DNA of 32,000 nucleotides, taken from an uncultured Muribaculaceae bacterium (GTDB taxonomy: Bacteria; Pseudomonadota; Alphaproteobacteria; Rs-D84). Below are positions 23,809-32,000 of the stretch, in pieces. The notes beneath the pieces were generated by a model. That model was not told the origin of the DNA. It saw nothing but the letters and a program-made list of their open reading frames with translations, and made no database searches. A program made the translations under genes and the position numbers. Each line of letters begins with the position of its first letter. Within the stretch, counting starts at the first letter, position 1. The DNA lies in assembly GCA_965231035.1 (NCBI GenBank), contig OZ246409.1, positions 511,101-543,100 on the forward strand. The letters run 5' to 3'.

Positions 23809-24672
23809 TTAGATTTTTAATAGTATTTTCATGTTTTTTAGAACTGGTACAGGTATATGTTTTTCATCTGCATGTTTAATTAATCCGTCCAATGCATACA
23901 ATCCTTCAACTGTGCCTGAAACCTTTTGTTTCTTTGCAATTGAAACACCAGCAGAGTAATTACGACTGGTTACAGATGTTGCAGACAAGAATAAGTCCCC
24001 TATTCCACAAAGTCCCAAGAATGTTCGAACCTTTGCACCATGTGCAATTCCAATATTTACAACTTCGTTCCATGCGCGCGTGAATAATAATGCCTTTTCA
24101 TTTTCACCATCTGCTTTTACACTGGCAAAACCAGCAATCAGGGCAACAGCATTCTTACCAACACCTGAAAATTCGGTTCCTATAACATCATCGGATTCTT
24201 CCAGATACATTTCGCCAAATATCTTGTGTCCCAGTTCCAATATTTCAGGTTTCCCAGCCAAAGTACTGCCTGTGGGAACACCTTTTGCAACCTCGGCTGC
24301 GAACTGTGGACCGGACAAAACCCCAATTTTATTAAATTTTGGGAATTCATCGCGTAAAACTTCGGACATAAATTTGCTTTTATGTGGATCCAGACCCTTG
24401 GTGCAAATAATAAGTGGCTGATTCTTATGAAATTTAACACATTTATCTATCGTTTCGCGGAAATGTGCTGCAGGAGTAACAACCAGCCAAGCATCAGTAT
24501 TGGCCAAATCTTTCATATCTTTTGTAATTTTTATTTGTTTTGGCAAATTCAAACCACTGAATCTTGATACCAAACCATCATAAGACCACAGTGTTACACG
24601 ATTCCCAGCCTTTGTAGATAAAATTGCCAATGCTGTTCCCCAGGCGCCTGCCCCAATTATTCCGATATTCAT
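23809..24672 (-). CDS. gpsA: Glycerol-3-phosphate dehydrogenase [NAD(P)+]
   Basis: 287 aa with N-terminal Rossmann IGIIGAGAWGTALA, ..KG......, LSGP.FA.EVA.G.PT and CGIGDL motifs. It is shorter than the typical length of about 330 aa. Confidence 0.88.
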   Translation of the reverse strand: MNIGIIGAGAWGTALAILSTKAGNRVTLWSYDGLVSRFSGLNLPKQIKITKDMKDLANTDAWLVVTPAAHFRETIDKCVKFHKNQPLIICTKGLDPHKSKFMSEVLRDEFPKFNKIGVLSGPQFAAEVAKGVPTGSTLAGKPEILELGHKIFGEMYLEESDDVIGTEFSGVGKNAVALIAGFASVKADGENEKALLFTRAWNEVVNIGIAHGAKVRTFLGLCGIGDLFLSATSVTSRNYSAGVSIAKKQKVSGTVEGLYALDGLIKHADEKHIPVPVLKNMKILLKI

Positions 24673-26285
24673 TTCAACATCCTTATTTTCTTTTCCAGCT
24701 TTGGAACAGATACCAGACCATCAGATGATAAGTCTATTGCGCGTAAATATGCATCGCGAGCGAGATTTTTATTTCCCATTTCCAATTGTAAATCACCCAA
24801 ATGTTCAAACAACGAAGAACAATTCTCAGCTACTTGACCAACTTTTTCAAATATTTCTAATGCGGCTGATGCGCCCTCTTTGGCCCAAACAACCATCCCC
24901 AGAACATCCCATGATTCAATCTGAGTCGGATTTTTAGTAACCAAAGCGATAGAATATTGATACGCTGTGGTTAATTCCTTCTTTTGAATTGCCCAAATTT
25001 TCGACTGTATAGCTAAAATATCGGCATCCATAGGCAAAATATGTGAAGCTGTTTGAATATCATTCTGGGCGGAATCAATATCATCAAAAGTCAGATAAAT
25101 GCTTGCACGCGCCTTCAGAAAGAATGCGCGACCTTTTTCAGAAAGTTTCTTATTTTCCAGTGCACGGTTAACAACTCTTAATGCTTCACGTTTGTCGCCC
25201 TGCTGGACATTTTTTGCAATCAGCTTGGTTATTGCTGGAACAAATAGCGGATTTGCGCGTACAGCACCCTGCAAATCACTAATTTTACCAGTCTTTTCGA
25301 CAATTTTCATACAAGCAAACGAATAAAAAGGACTATTCTTACCAATTGACTTGAATAATTTATCGTAATTTCCACCATTATTAAAGAAATATTGTCCAAG
25401 ATAATAATTCAAAGCATCTTTGTTGGCGTTTGAATCTGTTCTGATAACTTCTGCAAATCTTAACATCAGAAGGGATAAATCCGAATACATCAGTATCTGT
25501 GTATGTGAAACACTTTGAACAAAATTAAAAGAAAGCTCGTTGTTATAGCCACTGTAATCCACCCAATTTGGAGATATTTTCGTATCCAGCATATACATTC
25601 CACCAGGGCGTTCGGTAAAGTCTTTTTGTAATTTTGTAGCTTCTTCGGACATATTATTATGATTATAAAAAGCAATCATATACATATAATCATTTATATT
25701 CATAAAATCCGGAGATACCTTTGCAAATTGTTTTGTAGCCTCTGTAATTTTTCCTGTTTCAGCATAAATTTGACCGCGTACAAATGATTTCCATGACTCG
25801 GTCGTGCGAAGCTTTTTTATAAAAGCAAATGTTTCATCAATCTTTCCGTTTGCAATCCCAGACCAAATTCTTAAGGGAGCGGCCAGGGCAGATTCATCGT
25901 TTTTATGTCTTTTATATATTGTTTTCCAATCGTTTTGAGTAATCAGATAGGCGTCATAAATCAACTGTGGTGCGGCACTGCTGTCTTTATTAATAGTGCT
26001 GACATTATCTGGCATTTTACCATTCAAAAAGTCCGAAATTACAACGGTATTTTGAATTATTGGAAGATCCCGATCCTTTAATTTTTTTGAAAATTCGGAT
26101 GCTTTTTCAAAATCATTAACATAAATTGCATGCTGACCGGCCAAGAAAGCGCCGTATTTATTTGCAGGATAATCATATGATTCTGAGGATTGTGTTTGTG
26201 GGTCAATATGCCAGATTGCAGTTCCTGTCACAATTATGACAGCGAAAAGAGCGGCAGTTATAAAAAAACTTTCTATTTTCTTCAT
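24669..26285 (-). CDS. Membrane-anchored/secreted TPR-repeat protein
   Basis: 538 aa with an N-terminal hydrophobic segment (FFITAALFAVIIVTGTAIW). TPR-like A..Y/A..F..A helical repeats run throughout, especially in the C-terminal 200 aa. It has an ATGA overlap with gpsA. Function is unknown. Confidence 0.7.
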   Translation of the reverse strand: MKKIESFFITAALFAVIIVTGTAIWHIDPQTQSSESYDYPANKYGAFLAGQHAIYVNDFEKASEFSKKLKDRDLPIIQNTVVISDFLNGKMPDNVSTINKDSSAAPQLIYDAYLITQNDWKTIYKRHKNDESALAAPLRIWSGIANGKIDETFAFIKKLRTTESWKSFVRGQIYAETGKITEATKQFAKVSPDFMNINDYMYMIAFYNHNNMSEEATKLQKDFTERPGGMYMLDTKISPNWVDYSGYNNELSFNFVQSVSHTQILMYSDLSLLMLRFAEVIRTDSNANKDALNYYLGQYFFNNGGNYDKLFKSIGKNSPFYSFACMKIVEKTGKISDLQGAVRANPLFVPAITKLIAKNVQQGDKREALRVVNRALENKKLSEKGRAFFLKARASIYLTFDDIDSAQNDIQTASHILPMDADILAIQSKIWAIQKKELTTAYQYSIALVTKNPTQIESWDVLGMVVWAKEGASAALEIFEKVGQVAENCSSLFEHLGDLQLEMGNKNLARDAYLRAIDLSSDGLVSVPKLEKKIRMLK

Positions 26286-26311
26286 GGTTCTTCTATGCTA
26301 CAATAAATCGT

Positions 26312-26887
26312 ATGGATAATAAAGAAAAATTTCAAAAATATGCCGATTTGCTGCGTGAATGGTCAAAGCGAATGAATCTGGTTGCACCCAGTACGCTGAC
26401 GGATATAGAAAACAGACATTTTAAAGATTCTGAACAGTTGGCAAGTGTTTTATCAAAAGATGTTTCAATAATTGATTTGGGCAGCGGGGCAGGCTTTCCA
26501 GGTGTTGTTCTGGCAATATTAGGTTGGAATGTTACCTGTATCGAATCGGTTGGTAAAAAAGCAAATTTTTTAAATGCGTTGAAACAAGAGTTGGATTTAC
26601 CGAACCTGACAGTTTTTAATGGCAGGGTTGAAGATTTTATCAAAAATGCAAAAAATACTGGTAATACACTGGTTTTTACCGCACGTGCGTTTGCACCGTT
26701 GATAAAAATAATGGATTATGTCAGACCAGTAAAAAGCCGGCTTTTTCTGTTAAAAGGCCGGGAAATTGAATCAGAAATAGAAATAGCCAAGAAAAAGTAT
26801 AAATTTGACTATAAATTAACACCCTCTAAGACAGGTGATGGTTTTATTATACAAATTGATAATATGAAAATGTTTCATATGAAATAA
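26312..26887 (+). CDS. rsmG: 16S rRNA (guanine527-N7)-methyltransferase
   Basis: 191 aa with W....NL......E...RH..DS and the SAM motif IDLGSGAGFPGVVLAI, the typical GidB length and order. It lies upstream of parAB. Confidence 0.92.
   Translation: MDNKEKFQKYADLLREWSKRMNLVAPSTLTDIENRHFKDSEQLASVLSKDVSIIDLGSGAGFPGVVLAILGWNVTCIESVGKKANFLNALKQELDLPNLTVFNGRVEDFIKNAKNTGNTLVFTARAFAPLIKIMDYVRPVKSRLFLLKGREIESEIEIAKKKYKFDYKLTPSKTGDGFIIQIDNMKMFHMK
26871..26886. promoter_or_regulatory. parS-like palindrome (13/16 to TGTTTCACGTGAAACA)
   Basis: TGTTTCATATGAAATA lies within the last codons of rsmG, about 105 nt upstream of parA. The core TTTCATATGAAA is a perfect 12-bp palindrome, and an overlapping inverted repeat TATGAAA-ATG-TTTCATA begins at 26863. 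Confidence 0.4.
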
Positions 26888-26992
26888 TTTTTAATTTATT
26901 GAAATTACTTAATTTATAAAAATAAAATTTTATCCTCTTGACCAGCTGTGTTTGATTTTTGTATCCTTTCGTCTGTTCGAAGGAAAAATAAT

Positions 26993-27763
26993 ATGACAGA
27001 AATAATAGCGTTCGCAAATCAAAAGGGTGGTGTTGGAAAAACCACCACAGCAATAAATATCGGTGCATCACTGGCCGCAATAAAAAAACAGGTTTTATTA
27101 ATTGATCTGGATCCCCAAGGCAATGCCGGCACCGGTTTGGGTTTTATTCGTGCTGCACATCGTCAAAGTGTTTATGGTGTAATTATGGGAACAGCAAATG
27201 TTGCCGATAACATTTTAACAACTGCTGTTGCAGGTATGCACATTTTGCCATCCAGTCCTGCACTGGCTGGGGCCGAGGCCGAATTGTTGGATATAGATAA
27301 TCGTGAATATCGTTTGCGTGACGCAATTGAACAAATTAAAAATCATTATGATTATATTTTGATTGATTGCCCGCCAGCTTTGGGATATTTAACATTGAAT
27401 GCCTTGACAACTGCAAACCGTGTAATTGTACCTTTGCAATGTGAATTTTTTGCGCTGGAAGGTGTTCAGCATCTGGTTAACACAATTGATGAAGTTCAAA
27501 AAAAATGGAATCCAGAATTACAAATTTTGGGTGTTTTGCTGACTATGTACGATCGGCGCTATGGCTTGACACGCGCGGTCGAAGAAGATGTCAGAAAGAC
27601 TTTTGGTGAAAAAGTTTTCAAAACTGTTGTTCCCAGAAATGTCAGAATATCCGAAGCACCATCACATGGAAAACCGGCCTTATTCTATGATTTTAATTCG
27701 GCTGGGGCCCAGGCATACTTGCGTGTTGCAACAGAAATAGTCGAAGGTATTGGAAATAAATAA
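26993..27763 (+). CDS. parA: Chromosome partitioning ATPase ParA (Soj)
   Basis: Deviant Walker A QKGGVGKTTTAINIG, DLDPQGN, and D..LIDCPP. The start is set at ATG 26993 (MTEIIAFANQKGG) preceded by AAGGA. The ORF-track start at 26948 adds 15 non-conserved residues. Confidence 0.93.
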   Translation: MTEIIAFANQKGGVGKTTTAINIGASLAAIKKQVLLIDLDPQGNAGTGLGFIRAAHRQSVYGVIMGTANVADNILTTAVAGMHILPSSPALAGAEAELLDIDNREYRLRDAIEQIKNHYDYILIDCPPALGYLTLNALTTANRVIVPLQCEFFALEGVQHLVNTIDEVQKKWNPELQILGVLLTMYDRRYGLTRAVEEDVRKTFGEKVFKTVVPRNVRISEAPSHGKPALFYDFNSAGAQAYLRVATEIVEGIGNK

Positions 27764-27776
27764 AAAGGAAGAGAAA

Positions 27777-28652
27777 ATGTCGAAATTTGGATTAGGAAAA
27801 GGTTTAGCAGATTTAAAGGCGGAAATGGGCAATATTCCAGATATTTCTGTTTTAACTGGTGGTGAACGTGTTGCAGTAAGACAGATTCCATTGTCACAGA
27901 TTGGTGCAAATCCGGACCAGCCTCGCAAGACTTTTACAGAATCAGAATTGCAAGAATTGGCAACATCAATTCGTGAAAAGGGTGTTTTACAACCAATTTT
28001 GCTGCGTGCGGTCAAAGACAAGCCATACAGCTATGAAATTGTTGCTGGTGAACGCCGTTTTCGTGCAAGTAAAATGGCTGGTTTAGTTGAAATCCCGGCT
28101 TTGGTTAAAACCATAACAAATGAAAATGCTATGGAGATAGCGCTGATTGAAAATGTTCAGCGTGAAAACCTAAACCCAATTGAAGAAGCCAATGCATATA
28201 AAAATTTGATGGAAAAATGTAATTACGAATTGGATGATGTTTCACGTCTAATTGGTAAATCAGAAAGTTATATCAGAAATATTATGCGTCTGGATAATTT
28301 GCCAGAATCTGTTAAAATATTGGTAGAAAGTGGCGAATTGTCGGCTTCACATGCCCGTACAATTGCAGTTGCAGAAAATCCAGAAGAACTGGCACACGAA
28401 ATTATTTCCAAGAAATTATCAGTTGCTGATACAGAAAAAAAAGTAAAAGATTCAATCAGATCATCAAAAAGCAGGGCCCATTCTTCAAATTCTATGGGTG
28501 CAGATAATATTAAGGAAATAGAAACTAAAATAAAAAAATCCTTGGGGGTAAATGTAAAATTGCGTGAAAAAAAAGGTGGGGCAGGCGAAGTAATACTTTC
28601 TTTTGCGAATCGCATTCAAATGCAAGAATTAATAGAAAGACTTACAAAATAA
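27777..28652 (+). CDS. parB: Chromosome partitioning protein ParB (Spo0J)
   Basis: FGLGKGL N-terminus, ParB box QPR..F....L.EL..SI...G.LQPIL.R ... IVAGERRFRAS..AG, and an HTH region. The start is set at ATG 27777 behind AAGGAAGAG, 13 nt after the parA stop. The ATG at 27750 is also possible. Confidence 0.93.
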   Translation: MSKFGLGKGLADLKAEMGNIPDISVLTGGERVAVRQIPLSQIGANPDQPRKTFTESELQELATSIREKGVLQPILLRAVKDKPYSYEIVAGERRFRASKMAGLVEIPALVKTITNENAMEIALIENVQRENLNPIEEANAYKNLMEKCNYELDDVSRLIGKSESYIRNIMRLDNLPESVKILVESGELSASHARTIAVAENPEELAHEIISKKLSVADTEKKVKDSIRSSKSRAHSSNSMGADNIKEIETKIKKSLGVNVKLREKKGGAGEVILSFANRIQMQELIERLTK

Positions 28653-28679
28653 AAAACCGGCAAAAAAGCCGGTTTTTTG
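28651..28679. terminator. Bidirectional intrinsic terminator between convergent parB and the ABC permease gene
   Basis: AAAAAACCGGC-AAAAAA-GCCGGTTTTTT. Confidence 0.75.
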
Positions 28680-28685
28680 TTATTT

Positions 28686-29903
28686 TTATTCGTATCGCAA
28701 GCTGTCAATCGGGTTTAATTTTGCAGCCTTGATTGCAGGCATAACACCAGATGCCAGTCCTACAATAATTGCCACACTTACAGATAATACAACCGGCCAA
28801 GCACTGAAAGGGACTTCATAATGTAAAATCAGGCGTCCGACACCCTGGGATAATCCAACACCCAAAATTAAGCCGAACATTGATCCAATAAATGAAATCA
28901 TTATAGATTCTGATAAAAATTGAATAATTATATGTTTTTCACGAGCACCAATGGCTTTACGTATGCCGATTTCCCTGGTTCTTTCGGCCACAGATACCAA
29001 CATCATATTCATAATTCCAATAGAACCAACCAACAAAGAAACCCCTGCAATGGCTATTAACAGCAATTTCATATATCCAGTTACGGTATTCATAGTGTCC
29101 AGCATTTGCTTCATATCCATTATTTGAAAATCATCAACATCGTCATCTTTTAATTTATGACGATCGCGAAGCAGGGTGGTTATTTGATCAGATACCAAAA
29201 CATTATCAGCATCCGCATAAAGTTTTAATGTTATAAGACTAACAGCATCAGGAAAATGGCTGCCTTGCATACGTTTTTTCATTGTTGTGATTGGAATTAT
29301 AACCATATCATCCTGACTGCCCATTACTGAATCACCACGTTCTTTGGTCATTCCAATAACAACAAAAGGTGTGTTTTGGATACGAATAACTTCGCCCGTT
29401 GGATCATCTGGCATATTAAGCTGTTTTGCCGTTTCTGGACCAATAACAGCGTAAGTAGAGGCATTTCTGACCGCAGAGTCATCAAAAAATACACCCTTGG
29501 CAATTTCTAAGTTTTGAACGGTTGTGTATTCTGGATAAACACCAACCATTGATGAAGACCAATTTTTGTTGCCATAGATAATTTGAGCACCACTATTTTG
29601 GACAGGGGTGGCGGCTTCTATATACGGTAATTGTGCGATTGCTTCGGAATCTTGAATGGTCAAAGTTTGTCGATTTCCTGTACGAACACCTGAACTTTGT
29701 GCTGCGCCAGCTCTGACCATAATTGTATTTGTTCCCAGTGAGGAAAACTGGTCATTAATTCTTTTCTGGACGGTTTCGCCAACTGCAACCATAATAACAA
29801 CAGCCATAACGCCGATGATAATTCCCAAAACTGTCAAAAAAGACCGGACTTTATTTCCACTTATGGATAACCAAGATTCTTTTAAAATATCGTTAAATGT
29901 CAT
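28686..29903 (-). CDS. ABC transporter permease, MacB/FtsX family
   Basis: 405 aa with an N-terminal TM helix, a large periplasmic MacB_PCD-like domain, and a C-terminal FtsX 3-TM bundle (SLLVGSIGIMNMMLVSVAERTREIGIRKAIGA). It has an ATGA overlap with the upstream ATPase gene. Confidence 0.88.
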   Translation of the reverse strand: MTFNDILKESWLSISGNKVRSFLTVLGIIIGVMAVVIMVAVGETVQKRINDQFSSLGTNTIMVRAGAAQSSGVRTGNRQTLTIQDSEAIAQLPYIEAATPVQNSGAQIIYGNKNWSSSMVGVYPEYTTVQNLEIAKGVFFDDSAVRNASTYAVIGPETAKQLNMPDDPTGEVIRIQNTPFVVIGMTKERGDSVMGSQDDMVIIPITTMKKRMQGSHFPDAVSLITLKLYADADNVLVSDQITTLLRDRHKLKDDDVDDFQIMDMKQMLDTMNTVTGYMKLLLIAIAGVSLLVGSIGIMNMMLVSVAERTREIGIRKAIGAREKHIIIQFLSESIMISFIGSMFGLILGVGLSQGVGRLILHYEVPFSAWPVVLSVSVAIIVGLASGVMPAIKAAKLNPIDSLRYE

Positions 29904-30622
29904 GATAATGCCTTCTCGTCCTTTGGAACCTTGCCATCATAGGTTATATGCCCGTCCAAGATATGTATAAGTCTGTTCGAATATTTAGCAATATTGAATT
30001 CGTGAGTAATCATAACAATTGTTATACCCATTTCACGGTTCAATTTTTCAAAGAATTTCAATATATCATTACCCATTTTGGTATCCAAAGCACCTGTGGG
30101 TTCGTCAGCCAAGATTAATTTTGGGTCACCAGCTAATGCACGCGCAATGGCAACACGTTGTTTCATTCCACCAGATAATTGTGTTGGTAAATAAGTTTCA
30201 AATTTTTCCAATTCTACGCGTTTTAGCATATCTCTTGCCCGTCTGACACGTTCATCTGTTGACAAACCTTTATACATTAAAGGTAACATAACATTGTCTA
30301 AAACAGACCTTTTTGGAAGCAGGTTAAAGTTCTGAAAAACAAACCCGATATATTCATTCCTGACAAGTGCTAGTTCATCAGCAGTAAGGTTGGTAACATC
30401 TTTGTCATAAAGCTTGTATGTGCCAGAACTAGGCGTATCCAGTGCACCAATAATATTCATACAGGTTGATTTACCGCTTCCGCTGGGTCCCATAATTGAT
30501 ACAAATTCACCGGCTTTGATATCAAAGTTTATATCGAATAAAACTTGCTCGCTGCCGCCCATTTCAACAGGAAAGCTTTTACAGATTTTCTTTAAAGAAA
30601 TTATATTTTTAGATGTTTGCAT
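29900..30622 (-). CDS. ABC transporter ATP-binding protein (MacB/LolD-type)
   Basis: 240 aa with Walker A GPSGSGKST, Q-loop, signature LSGGMKQRVAIARAL, Walker B LILADEPTGALD, and H-loop ITHE. Confidence 0.93.
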   Translation of the reverse strand: MQTSKNIISLKKICKSFPVEMGGSEQVLFDINFDIKAGEFVSIMGPSGSGKSTCMNIIGALDTPSSGTYKLYDKDVTNLTADELALVRNEYIGFVFQNFNLLPKRSVLDNVMLPLMYKGLSTDERVRRARDMLKRVELEKFETYLPTQLSGGMKQRVAIARALAGDPKLILADEPTGALDTKMGNDILKFFEKLNREMGITIVMITHEFNIAKYSNRLIHILDGHITYDGKVPKDEKALS

Positions 30623-30633
30623 AAATTAATCCA

Positions 30634-31812
30634 TTACATTGGACCGCCGCCAGGACCGCCGCCGCCGCCCATATTACTGGTTTTAGAAGCAGTTTTACCC
30701 AGAACACCGGTTATAACCTTGTCCCCATCTTTTAAATCTTTGGAAACAAGTTCAGTTTCTGTTGATGTTGTAAGCCCTTTGGTATAAGCAACCAAAACAA
30801 CAGAATTATTACGTTCTATGGGTAAATGTGTTTTAGGGGTGGCTGAACCAGGTTTGGAAACTATACCTTCAAAATTTCTAAGCAAAAATGCCGAGTTCGA
30901 AACACGTAAAACATCTTTTTTATCTTCAATAATAATTGTTACGAATGCGGTCATTCCTGGCATCAAGCGCATATCTGAATTATCAACATCAATAACAACT
31001 GTGTAAACAACAACATTTGAAGTTGTTGTTGGCGAAAGTCTTATTTGACGGACATTTCCACTGAAAGTCTGTGTTGGATAAGCATCAACTGTAAAAGTAA
31101 CTGGCAGGCCTTCTTTTATCATTCCAATATCGGCCTCGGACACAGAAGTTTCAATTTGCATTTTTGATAAATCTTCAGCAATTTCAAACAAATCAGGCGT
31201 TTGAAAAGAAGCAGCAACAGTTTGACCCTTATCAACCTTTCGGGCTATGACAGTGCCATCAACAGGCGATTTAATAGTTGCATAATCTAAATTTGTTGCA
31301 GCGCGTTCATATTCGGACTTTGCACGTTTTACAGATTGTTCAGCTTGTTCGTATGTTGTTTGAGACTGTTCCAGTTCTGCCCTGGCGATAAAACCGTCTG
31401 AATAAAGAGATTTATTTCGAGTATATTCGTTTTTGGCGTAATTGCGCTGAGATTCGCTGCTTAATAAAGAGGCTTTGGCCTCAGCTACGTTTGCTTTTAG
31501 TACCGAAGGGTCAATAGTAAGCAATATATCGCCTTTTTTAACCTTGGAATTATAATCTACATAGATTTTTTGAATTGTTCCACTGACTTGGGATCCAACA
31601 TTTACAGTATTTACAGGTTTTATTTCACCTGTGGCTGTTACAACCTGGCGAAGTTCGCCACGGGATACACTGACAGTTGCAAACTTAGAAGATGTTTGAT
31701 CCTTATTACCACTTGATATCAAAGACCAGCCAACAATAATCACCAAAATGGTGATTAACCACCATTTTTTTCTCTTAATCCAAGCTACAAACGTATTAGA
31801 TTCTTTTATCAT
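30634..31812 (-). CDS. Efflux periplasmic adaptor (membrane fusion protein, MacA/HlyD family)
   Basis: 392 aa with an N-terminal TM anchor, a lipoyl-like half (G.I..I.V......VKKGD.L..IDP), a coiled-coil hairpin, and beta-barrel segments. It has an unusual Gly/Pro tail, GGGGGPGGGPM. Confidence 0.9.
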   Translation of the reverse strand: MIKESNTFVAWIKRKKWWLITILVIIVGWSLISSGNKDQTSSKFATVSVSRGELRQVVTATGEIKPVNTVNVGSQVSGTIQKIYVDYNSKVKKGDILLTIDPSVLKANVAEAKASLLSSESQRNYAKNEYTRNKSLYSDGFIARAELEQSQTTYEQAEQSVKRAKSEYERAATNLDYATIKSPVDGTVIARKVDKGQTVAASFQTPDLFEIAEDLSKMQIETSVSEADIGMIKEGLPVTFTVDAYPTQTFSGNVRQIRLSPTTTSNVVVYTVVIDVDNSDMRLMPGMTAFVTIIIEDKKDVLRVSNSAFLLRNFEGIVSKPGSATPKTHLPIERNNSVVLVAYTKGLTTSTETELVSKDLKDGDKVITGVLGKTASKTSNMGGGGGPGGGPM

Positions 31813-32000
31813 TTTGTCACCTTATCCAGTTCAGATTTTATATCACCAATAGCTAATGCCACAGCGGCACGTTTTGTAAACAAATCGTATCTGGCAGCAT
31901 TGTGTTCTTTTTGGGCATCCGCTAAATCGGCCTGGGCTGTTTGCCAATCCAGCATGGTTGCACGTCCAACTTTATACATTCCAGCTGTGACACGTTCGCT
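31809..32000 (-). CDS. TolC-family outer membrane efflux protein, C-terminal fragment (continues beyond window end)
   Basis: My translation is SERVTAGMYKVGRATMLDWQTAQADLADAQKEHNAARYDLFTKRAAVALAIGDIKSELDKVTK*. This is the typical final helical repeat of TolC/OprM-like proteins (G..T.LD.L.AQ..L..A......A.YD). Its TGA overlaps the adaptor ATG (ATGA). It is not in the ORF track because it has no ATG within the window. Confidence 0.75.
   Translation of the reverse strand, partial: SERVTAGMYKVGRATMLDWQTAQADLADAQKEHNAARYDLFTKRAAVALAIGDIKSELDKVTK

Noticed and set aside
26888-26992. Possible oriC or DnaA-box cluster near rsmG-parAB. TTATCC-containing words occur at about 26929 (TTATCCTCT), 14236 (TTATCCTAT), and inside genes at 3322 and 5366 (TTATCCATA).
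   Set aside because: These are isolated 7-8 of 9 matches with no cluster. All intergenic regions are 166 nt or shorter, too small for an origin with a DNA-unwinding element. There is no support for oriC in this window.
28238-28253. parS half-site TGTTTCACGTCTAATT inside parB. Other CACGTG-centred 11/16 matches occur at 2911, 5099 and 7079.
   Set aside because: Only one arm matches the consensus and the sites are not palindromic. Such matches are expected by chance in 32 kb, and all lie inside coding sequence whose codons explain them.
30634-30672. Conspicuous GC-rich island (CCGCCGCCAGGACCGCCGCCGCCGCCC) in an otherwise AT-rich region.
   Set aside because: It is explained by the codons for the Gly/Pro-rich C-terminal tail (GGGGGPGGGPM) of the efflux adaptor protein. 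It is not a repeat element or an RNA structure.
1-32000. A search by eye for CRISPR repeats, IS elements or transposases, integrases, phage genes, toxin-antitoxin pairs, restriction-modification or other defence genes, and rRNA.
   Set aside because: None were found. Every ORF longer than 100 aa that is not a shadow ORF has a housekeeping assignment, except orf106. No direct-repeat arrays or terminal inverted repeats were noticed. I cannot exclude short dispersed repeats without a computational self-comparison.

Overview
Compact, AT-rich bacterial chromosome segment (high-30s % GC by eye, not computed). It is almost entirely core housekeeping genes packed into long, nearly gapless co-directional arrays. 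I can support 32 CDS (2 truncated at the window edges), 2 tRNAs, several intrinsic terminators and a few candidate regulatory RNA structures.

Gene order:
- (-) dnaG', topA, rodA, mrdA, mreD, mreC
- (+) rpmI, rplT, pheS, pheT
- (-) nth, ileS, tRNA-Thr(CGU), HD-domain hydrolase, mnmG, fabG, orf93, fabD, queH, orf106, metG, tRNA-Val(GAC), infC, UDG-family-4-like gene
- (+) pal
- (-) gpsA, TPR protein
- (+) rsmG, parA, parB
- (-) MacB-type permease, ABC ATPase, MacA/HlyD adaptor, tolC'

The rsmG-parA-parB string, pal, the UDG-like protein carrying a W..PGGRTPT motif, and a eukaryote-like (type 2) IleRS suggest a streamlined or reduced alphaproteobacterium. That is inference; no search was run.

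I saw no rRNA, CRISPR array, transposase, integrase, prophage or obvious defence genes, and I did not find a convincing novel multi-gene system.

The best leads are:
1. Two family-less small ORFs wedged with translational-coupling geometry into conserved gene pairs: a Cys-rich orf106 overlapping queH, and a basic orf93 between fabD and fabG.
2. A three-segment terminator/antiterminator repeat starting 2 nt after the rplT stop, upstream of pheST.
3. A GC-rich structured leader upstream of rpmI.
4. An ATT-initiated infC that the ORF track truncates.
5. A PheT lacking the N-terminal OB-fold tRNA-binding domain.
6. A parS-like palindrome at the rsmG 3' end.
7. Hairpin plus U-tract leaders between tRNA genes and non-cognate aaRS genes, seen twice.

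All functional calls rest on motif recognition by eye and should be confirmed by homology search.
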